From the IMG/VR virus record IMGVR_UViG_3300014556_000001: a DNA stretch of 46,977 nucleotides; one strand, given 5' to 3'. Positions 40,899 through 46,977 of the stretch are shown piece by piece. Each line of letters opens with the position of its first letter. Position 1 is the stretch's first letter. Under the pieces are notes generated by a model. The model worked only from the letters and a program-made list of their open reading frames with translations. It ran no database searches and was not told the origin of the DNA. Position numbers and translations under genes: made by a program. The stretch is from a virus.

Positions 40899-41753
40899 TT
40901 ATCCGCCACACACCTTGCAAGGCTTATAGCCTGCATTTTGTGCGTCCTGTAGGTTCATTGGCGTGCAGGTATCATCATAGTATCTGCATGATTTGTTGTG
41001 ATACTTGTCGCCCGAAGCCGTGATATACACGATTGTTTCGGCTGGGTACTGCGTGGTAGTTGTCACAGGGGGTGCTTCGGTGGTGGTTTCAGGCTCTGCG
41101 GTGGTGGTTGTCGTCGTGGTGGTAGTGGTAACTTTTTCGCCCATATCCACTGTGATTGTGATAGGGTCAGATGTCACACCGTCATATGTGGCGGTCACGT
41201 CCGCAAAGCCGTCTTTCAGGGGGATCACCGCATATGTGATGTAGTATGTTGATTTTTTCAGATATGTTATTTGGCAGACGTCTGAATTGCTATTGATAAT
41301 CTTCACGTCTTTTGGGTCGATATCTTTCGCACGTTTTTCACCTTTGATTTTTAAATCAATTTCAAAATCTTTGTCATATCCTGTCATTGTGACCGAATAT
41401 TCATTTTTCTGCCATTCCACAGTGGTGGGGCGTTTATAGCCCAGCAGCCGTGATATGCCCACAACTATGACCGATATAACGCAGAACGCAACTATCATCA
41501 TCAGGCAACCGCCCTTTGACGTGCCACTCGTCTTTTGGCCGTGAGAACTACGACTTGACGACTTCCTGCCACCCGACGTTGATACATATGACAGCCCCGT
41601 TCCAGGTATACCGACAGACTTTGTGCGCCGCCCTGAGCTGTTGACAGTGTATCGTGCGCCCTTTCCACCGACACTCATGCTGACAGATTTTTTGCCGATG
41701 TTCAGCTTCGCGCCATTGCCAAGTTTGATTGATTTTCTAAAACGTAATCCCAT
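40899..41753 (-). CDS. DUF4236-type membrane protein with an extracellular Ig-like region, a poly-Thr linker and a C-terminal Cys/His zinc-binding tail
   Basis: MGLRFRKSIKLGNGAKLNIGKKSVSMSVGG...GIPGTGLSY, TM GGCLMMIVAFCVISVIVVGI, T9 run, and GDKYHNKSCRYY...GYKPCKVCGG. ATG 41753 follows AGAAGGAG. Confidence 0.75.
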   Translation of the reverse strand: MGLRFRKSIKLGNGAKLNIGKKSVSMSVGGKGARYTVNSSGRRTKSVGIPGTGLSYVSTSGGRKSSSRSSHGQKTSGTSKGGCLMMIVAFCVISVIVVGISRLLGYKRPTTVEWQKNEYSVTMTGYDKDFEIDLKIKGEKRAKDIDPKDVKIINSNSDVCQITYLKKSTYYITYAVIPLKDGFADVTATYDGVTSDPITITVDMGEKVTTTTTTTTTTAEPETTTEAPPVTTTTQYPAETIVYITASGDKYHNKSCRYYDDTCTPMNLQDAQNAGYKPCKVCGG

Positions 41754-41808
41754 GCTTATGCTCCTTCTTCTATGTAGTACAAAAATGCGGACAGGTTTAA
41801 AATTCCTA

Positions 41809-41837
41809 TTGACAATCGTCGTAATATAGGATATACT
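41809..41837 (+). promoter_or_regulatory. Promoter TTGACA-17-TATACT for the 41908 HTH gene
   Basis: TTGACA at 41809-14, a 17-nt spacer, and TATACT at 41832-37. Confidence 0.6.
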
Positions 41838-41907
41838 AGATACATCGAACAAATGTTCTGTAATAATTATATCAGCTCTGGGTATGCTAACCCCGAGGTG
41901 ATATAAA

Positions 41908-42111
41908 ATGCCACTCTACGAAATTAAACTGAAAGAATTGCGAAAGAGAGCACGTCTAACTCTCGTTGAGCTTGCGGAAAGAACAGGTGTTAGCAAATCC
42001 GCCTTGTCGAAAATCGAAACAGGTGAAAGTGTACCAAGAATAGACACCATAGTGCTTTTGGTAATTTTCTTCAAATGTGAACTTGCAGATTTGGTTGTAA
42101 TTCACAAATAA
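41908..42111 (+). CDS. XRE-family HTH protein (67 aa)
   Basis: LKELRKRARLTLVELAERTGVSKSALSKIETGESVPRIDT. Confidence 0.75.
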   Translation: MPLYEIKLKELRKRARLTLVELAERTGVSKSALSKIETGESVPRIDTIVLLVIFFKCELADLVVIHK

Positions 42112-42191
42112 ATTCCTGTTTAGTGGAATTTTATTGCCAATATATTGGTCTTATTGTATTATTATGTGAAAAGGGAAAGGAATGGTCTAAT

Positions 42192-42338
42192 ATGAAGATA
42201 ACAGACGAAGAGCTAGAAATGATTGAAAAGCTGAGATCCTTATCCCCTGACGGGTTAGAAAAGGCGCTAAACAAATTAGTTGAACTCGCCAAGGAACAAG
42301 GAGAGGATCTAAAGCAAAAACAAATAAAAGGTACATAG
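42192..42338 (+). CDS. 48-aa acidic helical protein
   Basis: MKITDEELEMIEKLRSLSPDGLEKALNKLVELAKEQGEDLKQKQIKGT. ATG 42192 is in frame within track ORF 42123-42338. Confidence 0.5.
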   Translation: MKITDEELEMIEKLRSLSPDGLEKALNKLVELAKEQGEDLKQKQIKGT

Positions 42339-42369
42339 TTCTGAGCTGACTCATTTGAGTTGGCTTTTT

Positions 42370-42927
42370 TTATTTTACGTATTTATTTTTAAAATCATCA
42401 ATCGCTGCTTGATATTTGCTATCCGCACATGACACACCACTGAATGAATATGTGCCGTCCGCTTGTTTTTCACTTTTCGTAGCAAAAACTACTTTGTTAT
42501 CGCAGAAAACCCACCAATCTATATAATTTGGAGCACCATATTCACCAACCATGCCATCGCAAATGCCAGAACTCGTTGTTTCAAATCGTTGCATATTATT
42601 GTCTGCTGTATCGTTTGGGAGACTTACGTTGAATTGAATGCTATTTGAACCATTTGAATACGCCTTTACGTAAGTTCCATCGTCAGTTGAATAATCACCT
42701 AAAAACTCCATATCATTTGTTTCTGTAACTGATGAAGTCTCAGCTGCTGTAATTTCTGCAGTAGTAGTGACAGTAGTAGTTGTTGTTGACTCTGCGGTGA
42801 TAGCTGTCGTCGTAGTAGTTTCGGCTGCAGTTGACGTTGTTGTACTATTATTATCACTGCTATCACTGCAAGCCGCAAAGCTCATTGACATTATAATAGC
42901 TACAAGACTTGTGATAACTTTCTTCAT
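42370..42927 (-). CDS. Lipoprotein with a Thr-rich linker (superinfection-exclusion candidate)
   Basis: Signal peptide plus lipobox MKKVITSLVAIIMSMSFAAC, then a Ser/Thr/Ala-rich linker. Confidence 0.8.
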   Translation of the reverse strand: MKKVITSLVAIIMSMSFAACSDSSDNNSTTTSTAAETTTTTAITAESTTTTTVTTTAEITAAETSSVTETNDMEFLGDYSTDDGTYVKAYSNGSNSIQFNVSLPNDTADNNMQRFETTSSGICDGMVGEYGAPNYIDWWVFCDNKVVFATKSEKQADGTYSFSGVSCADSKYQAAIDDFKNKYVK

Positions 42928-43517
42928 AAATTTTTCTCCTTTGGCTTTTTATTCTCGACTATTTTCGTTCGTCTATAATTTATATCGGCTATCACGTTTT
43001 TGGCAGTAACCTTATTTGCTGTTACATCAAACAGTATATATTTTATTTCATCATCGCTCTTATAAGTGATAGCTAGTATGTATTTTTTGTCCGACTCTGT
43101 TATAGTCTTTGTGCCGCCGCCCAACAAAGCACCAGCTGCTCCCAAAAGCATTCCTCCGGCGATTGCTCCTGTAGCATTGTCAAGATAATGCTTTTTGAAT
43201 TGAGTTTGGTCAAGTATTTCAGCTTTTATTATTTTACTGTAAAACAGCGTTATTGGTGCACCGTAGTACATTACTAGCCGCTTACTGCATATCCAAACGC
43301 CACATTCTGCACCTTGTGGTATGTTTAAACCATATAAGTGTTCGAGAGTATATGACTTTTTACATTTGTACTTGTTCTTAAATTCGATTTCTTGTTCTCG
43401 TTCGGCAATTTGAGCGAGCTTTCTTTTCTTCCTTTGTTCCCTGGCATCGTCGTCAAAATACATAATGATACTGACAACAACTATAAGTGCTACAAAAAGA
43501 CCTAACCACCAAAGCAT
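42924..43517 (-). CDS. Membrane protein (N-terminal TM, internal glycine-zipper segment)
   Basis: MLWWLGLFVALIVVVSIIMYF, GAIAGGMLLGAAGALLGGG. Its stop overlaps the lipoprotein start. Confidence 0.7.
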   Translation of the reverse strand: MLWWLGLFVALIVVVSIIMYFDDDAREQRKKRKLAQIAEREQEIEFKNKYKCKKSYTLEHLYGLNIPQGAECGVWICSKRLVMYYGAPITLFYSKIIKAEILDQTQFKKHYLDNATGAIAGGMLLGAAGALLGGGTKTITESDKKYILAITYKSDDEIKYILFDVTANKVTAKNVIADINYRRTKIVENKKPKEKNL

Positions 43518-43544
43518 ATTTATCTATCCCTTCTTTGTATTGTT

Positions 43545-43778
43545 TTATGCATTTATTGCAACAATCACAGATATAGCAATGGTTGCTATACAGCCTACTA
43601 TAAGTAGCACTATTGCGGCAATTTGCTCACTTTTGTTCTTACGAATGTCACGTTTGTAAACATATTCTTCGTAATTTGCCCCGTCTTCTCTGATGTGTCT
43701 TTCCTGCACTTTTAAAATTACCATTGTCAACGCAAACGCCGCAACAATGATAAGCAACACAAGTATTGTTTGGAGCAT
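43545..43778 (-). CDS. 77-aa two-TM membrane protein
   Basis: ATG 43778 follows GGAGGTG. MLQTILVLLIIVAAFALTMVIL...IAAIVLLIVGCIATIAISVIVAINA. Confidence 0.65.
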   Translation of the reverse strand: MLQTILVLLIIVAAFALTMVILKVQERHIREDGANYEEYVYKRDIRKNKSEQIAAIVLLIVGCIATIAISVIVAINA

Positions 43779-43793
43779 AACTACACCTCCCAT

Positions 43794-44108
43794 TTAAAGT
43801 GAATTTAAAAATTTCTTGAAAATTTCCCTTTTCTCGTCTGAAAGACTCCTGATCAACTCAATTATTTTTATTTCCTCTGCAGATAGCTCAATGCCTGCAG
43901 AGGTTTTTTCTTTGCCTGTTAAAAGATAATCGGTAGAAACGCCAAAGTAATTGGCAATTAACTGTAGTGTTTCTGCATTAGGTACACTGCCACGCTTTTC
44001 CCAATTGACAAAAGAGTTTTTACTAAGCTTTAAATCTGTAAGCATTTTGTTCTTGCTTATTCCCTTTTCGTGAAGCAATTCTGTTAATGTACTTATAAAT
44101 TCATTCAT
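43794..44108 (-). CDS. CI-like XRE-family repressor
   Basis: MNEFISTLTELLHEKGISKNKMLTDLKLSKNSFVNWEKRGSVPNAETLQLIANYFGVSTDYLLTGK. Divergent from the Cro-like gene. Confidence 0.85.
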   Translation of the reverse strand: MNEFISTLTELLHEKGISKNKMLTDLKLSKNSFVNWEKRGSVPNAETLQLIANYFGVSTDYLLTGKEKTSAGIELSAEEIKIIELIRSLSDEKREIFKKFLNSL

Positions 44109-44180
44109 TTTTATGACCGCCTTGTAAATTATGTAACAAATGAACAAATATATCGGTCTTATTTTGTAATATACGCCAAT

Positions 44181-44234
44181 ATTTCATCAAATGATGAAAT
44201 AAGCCTTGACATTCCTCAATTGATGAAATATAAT
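44181..44234 (+). promoter_or_regulatory. Genetic switch: operator palindrome plus a rightward consensus promoter with a second operator in its spacer
   Basis: ATTTCATCA-aa-TGATGAAAT at 44181-44200. TTGACA at 44206-11, 17-nt spacer TTCCTCAATTGATGAAA, TATAAT at 44229-34. Confidence 0.6.
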
Positions 44235-44414
44235 AAGTTTGTAAAAGAAATTATACAAAAAAGACAACACAAAACCAAGCCATATTGAAAGTCCCAATTT
44301 TCAAAATAGCTCGTTTATATTATATTTGGTCGCACTTATATAATAGCTCAATTTGACTTGTTTGTCAAGGTTCTTTTACAAAATTTATGTGTTTTGGAGG
44401 TGAACATTTTAAGA

Positions 44415-44606
44415 ATGAACTATCAGAATTTCGTAGCAAAAGTCTATGCAGAACTTAAACTTCGTCGCATGACGAGAAAAGATCTCGCTAAGCTGACAGG
44501 TTACAGCGAGAACACAATAAACGTGTTCATGAGTAACACAGATAGCCGAGATCGCTCAGATAACGTGGCGAAAGCTATTTCAGCGGCTCTGCACATAGAG
44601 CTTTAG
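44415..44606 (+). CDS. Cro-like small HTH protein
   Basis: MNYQNFVAKVYAELKLRRMTRKDLAKLTGYSENTINVFMS. RBS GGAGGTG upstream of ATG 44415. Confidence 0.7.
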   Translation: MNYQNFVAKVYAELKLRRMTRKDLAKLTGYSENTINVFMSNTDSRDRSDNVAKAISAALHIEL

Positions 44607-44623
44607 AGAGGAGAGGGAGAACA

Positions 44624-44992
44624 ATGTACGGCAAGCTTATTGTCCACTATTGTCAGGACAATCACGTAACTTACAAGGAATTTGCTAAGCTGTGTGGCGT
44701 AAACGTGAGAAGCATTTATCGTTGGATAAACGGCTCAACGATAAAGGACAAGGCAACGGAACTCAAGCTTTGTGAACTTCTCGGTGTTGAGATACCACAA
44801 GCAAAAGAAATCTTTGACGACACATCAGACATATTCTACATCTTCCCCGAGGAAAAGCAACCGACAAAGGTCATTCAGATCGGTGAAGATTATTACGCAA
44901 TGCTCCGTGAACTTGCGTTCAAAAGCAAAACGTCACTGAGATATGTTGCGGAAATGTGCATTGACTTTGCTGCGGCAAGATACAGAGGGTGA
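44624..44992 (+). CDS. HTH-containing early protein
   Basis: VTYKEFAKLCGVNVRSIYRWINGS. RBS GAGAGGAGAGGGAG. Confidence 0.7.
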   Translation: MYGKLIVHYCQDNHVTYKEFAKLCGVNVRSIYRWINGSTIKDKATELKLCELLGVEIPQAKEIFDDTSDIFYIFPEEKQPTKVIQIGEDYYAMLRELAFKSKTSLRYVAEMCIDFAAARYRG

Positions 44993-44997
44993 AAACA

Positions 44998-45228
44998 ATG
45001 CCAGCAAAGAATAGCGAAGGACTTACAAACATGAAAAAAGGCGAGGCCGTAGAAAGGCATTACAAAAATGATACGATGTATGAGGTCTATGACAAAACAG
45101 ACCCTGCACACTGCATTTTCATAGGGCTTTTTGACACATTGGAGGAAGCCGCCAAGGCTGCAAAGAGGCACAAAGAAAGCTTCCCCAATGCAGAGATATG
45201 GGCATATGAAATGATAAGGGAGGACTAA
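44998..45228 (+). CDS. Hypothetical 76-aa protein
   Basis: In frame within track ORF 44989-45228. Immediately followed by an HTH gene. Confidence 0.6.
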   Translation: MPAKNSEGLTNMKKGEAVERHYKNDTMYEVYDKTDPAHCIFIGLFDTLEEAAKAAKRHKESFPNAEIWAYEMIRED

Positions 45229-45230
45229 AA

Positions 45231-45479
45231 ATGCCTGCAAAGAAAATGACAGCCAATGACGTGATGTCAAAACGGCTGAAATCTATCAGAGCCGACAACG
45301 ATATTACACAGGCAAAAATCGCAAAACGGCTGAGCATGACACAGACAGCCGTAAGCAGGTGGGAACGGCAGTTCGGCACCATGAACGCTGAACAAATCGT
45401 AACGTACTGCAAGATAATCGGGGCGAACCCCGAAGAAATCTTTGCGGAGTATTGCAAGGAAAGGAGTGTAAAAAAATGA
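45231..45479 (+). CDS. XRE-family HTH protein
   Basis: SKRLKSIRADNDITQAKIAKRLSMTQTAVSRWERQ. Confidence 0.75.
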   Translation: MPAKKMTANDVMSKRLKSIRADNDITQAKIAKRLSMTQTAVSRWERQFGTMNAEQIVTYCKIIGANPEEIFAEYCKERSVKK

Positions 45480-45685
45480 ACAGTCTAATAGCAGAATTGG
45501 AAATTATCAGACATGTGTCAGCCATAGCGTTGTGTGTGGCACTTTTCGCACTGGCGGTATATGGACTGTATCGAAACATCAAAGAAACCGCAGAAGACAC
45601 AGTTCGTGAAGAGCTGGAGCAGGCGATCAAGGAAGCTTCAAAGCCTGTTGTCAAGGTCGAGATTTCCACAAAGGGCAGGTGGTAA
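45476..45685 (+). CDS. 69-aa single-TM protein
   Basis: ATGA overlap with the upstream stop. RBS AAAGGAG. VSAIALCVALFALAVYGLY. Confidence 0.6.
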   Translation: MNSLIAELEIIRHVSAIALCVALFALAVYGLYRNIKETAEDTVREELEQAIKEASKPVVKVEISTKGRW

Positions 45686-45686
45686 A

Positions 45687-45860
45687 ATGGCGGATAGTAC
45701 ATTCATAGCCTGCATAATAGGCGCAACAATCGTGATTCTGGCGGTTTTCTATGCCGTGATACTGTTCATAGCATGTATTATAGACCAGCACAAATGGGAA
45801 CAGAAACGTAGTAGCTGTGATGATGATAGCCGTGACGAAAACAGCGATGGCATAGTTTAG
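45687..45860 (+). CDS. 57-aa single/double-TM protein with an acidic tail
   Basis: MADSTFIACIIGATIVILAVFYAVILFIACII. ATG 45687 is in frame within track ORF 45534-45860. Confidence 0.55.
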   Translation: MADSTFIACIIGATIVILAVFYAVILFIACIIDQHKWEQKRSSCDDDSRDENSDGIV

Positions 45861-46441
45861 ATTTGCAATGCAACGGATTTGCTATGAATAGCATTGGCTA
45901 TGGCAAAGCGAACCTGTGAACGACTGCGAAATGCGAAGGTGTTGATTTGAACAGCAAAGCAACGGCCTAGCGTCGATAAGCAACGGCAAAGCTGTGAGGT
46001 GAGGAGCTAGGGCTAGGTATGCACAGCACCGTTTAGATAGGCAAAGGCGAAGTTAAACTGAGTTTCGATAAGCAATGGCGAGGCGAAGTTTTGACACGCA
46101 ACGAGAGGTAAAGGCATAGCAGGGCGCAGATTGGCGGGGTTATGCAAAGGAAATGCAATTCGTGGAAACGCAATTCGATGAAACGCAATGGCCTGGCAAA
46201 GGATTGACACGCTAGGGCTAAGTACAGCGTAGTGCGGCTTTGATTAGCCATGGCATTGCTACACACGGTGCGGCCATGCATGACACAGCAACGGAATAGC
46301 AAAGGCATTGAGAAGCATAGCGACGCAAGGGCATAGCAGTGATTAGCAAAGGAACTGCAGTGACTAGCAAAGGCGTAGTTCGGCACAGTATGGCGTCGAA
46401 AAGCAAGAAAAAATAAATTTAACGTAACGGAGGTCAAAAAC
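45861..46441. repeat. Non-coding degenerate repeat array rich in GCAA(A/C/T)GG motifs (candidate iterons/origin, or a repeat RNA)
   Basis: 21 GCAA tetramers on the + strand in about 545 nt. 19-nt family at 46036, 46067 and 46362. Three tandem 15-mers at 46149-46191. T-poor. No + strand ORF. Confidence 0.85.
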
Positions 46442-46977
46442 ATGAAAAAAATCAAAGTAAAGTTGACGTTCACCGAAGAGATTCTGGGAACGGCAAACGC
46501 AACAACCACAATTCACGATGAGTACATCGCATCGAAAGCACCCGATGCAAAGAGCCGTGAGGAAGAGATAGCCGCGCTTGGCGTGGCTGAGGTAGTTGAA
46601 AAGTCTATGACGGTATTCCCGACACTGGAAGACGGCACACCATTTCTGTGGGACTATCAAATCAAAGGATTTTTCAAGGACGCTTGCGGTGTTCTGAAAA
46701 AGGTATCAGGCACGGCAAGCTCAAAAATCAAGGCGTACAAGAAAGAGATTGACGGGCTTGTCTTCGTCGAGGAGCGCAAGATACCATACGAATTCAAGGG
46801 CGGTATGGGCGAGTGTCAGAGGCCGTTGAGAGCAAGCACGCCACAGGGCGAACGTGTTGCACTGGCACATTCTGAGACAGTGCCTGCAGGAGCGACAGTC
46901 GAGTTTACTATCGATATTCTAAAAGACGATATGGAAACAGCCGTAAGAGAGTGGCTGGACTACGGCAGGCTGAGAGG
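46442..46977 (+). CDS. 5' part of the junction-spanning early protein (199 aa in total) with RAMP (Cas7/Csm3)-like sequence landmarks
   Basis: RBS ACGGAGG upstream of ATG 46442. MKKIKVKLTFTEEILG..., TPFLWDYQIKGFFKDA. Continues into 1-141. Confidence 0.8.
   Translation, partial: MKKIKVKLTFTEEILGTANATTTIHDEYIASKAPDAKSREEEIAALGVAEVVEKSMTVFPTLEDGTPFLWDYQIKGFFKDACGVLKKVSGTASSKIKAYKKEIDGLVFVEERKIPYEFKGGMGECQRPLRASTPQGERVALAHSETVPAGATVEFTIDILKDDMETAVREWLDYGRLR
46901..46977. repeat. Terminal direct repeat copy B (identical to 1-77)
   Basis: 77/77 identity read directly. Confidence 0.95.

Noticed and set aside
45861-46441. Possible CRISPR array next to a RAMP-like gene
   Set aside because: The repeats are degenerate, of variable length (about 7-19 nt) and irregularly spaced. 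There is no set of near-identical 24-40 nt repeats separated by unique spacers of similar length. No other cas genes are present.
46013-46660. Four overlapping minus-strand ORFs (62-158 aa) across the repeat array
   Set aside because: The + strand is T-poor, so the minus strand is A-poor and almost free of stop codons. The translations are low-complexity (Cys/Leu/Phe-rich), overlap each other in different frames and lack an RBS. They are compositional artefacts.

Overview
This window is a complete, circularly closed genome of a temperate siphovirus-type dsDNA phage or prophage. The unit is 46,900 bp, and bases 1-77 recur exactly at 46901-46977. The host looks like a low-GC Gram-positive (Clostridia-like) bacterium. 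Gene order around the circle: (1) A + strand early recombination/replication block: a junction-spanning RAMP-like protein, RecT-like annealase, SMC/ABC-type ATPase, Cas4-like PD-(D/E)XK nuclease, SSB, an SF2 helicase with a frame break, VRR-NUC, an SNF2-helicase::DNA-methyltransferase fusion, a C5-MTase-like protein, YopX and a Toprim/D5-type primase-helicase. (2) An iteron-rich gap, then a sigma-like HTH gene and the small terminase. (3) A 2.6-kb GC-rich, foreign-looking cassette wedged between terS and terL, carrying three small minus-strand genes, twin divergent promoters, an HTH regulator and a small serine recombinase. (4) The large terminase. (5) A promoter-to-terminator 'moron' carrying a Cys-rich KTR-like mini-protein followed by about 0.57 kb of hairpin-dense non-coding sequence, a candidate large structured RNA. 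(6) The structural and lysis block: portal, MuF-like protein, scaffold, capsid, connectors, tail tube, chaperone pair with a -1 frameshift, 1408-aa tape measure, distal tail and fibre genes, XkdX-like proteins, holin and CHAP endolysin. (7) attP carrying a tRNA 3' fragment, then a tyrosine integrase. (8) Minus-strand lysogeny/accessory genes: a DUF4236-type membrane protein, plus a lipoprotein and two membrane proteins co-transcribed with the CI-like repressor. (9) A CI/Cro-type switch and several small HTH genes. (10) A 580-bp GCAA-motif repeat array that leads back into the early operon. I saw no rRNA, intact tRNA, CRISPR array or reverse transcriptase. All functional calls rest on motifs I recognise by eye and on synteny. 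No database search was run.
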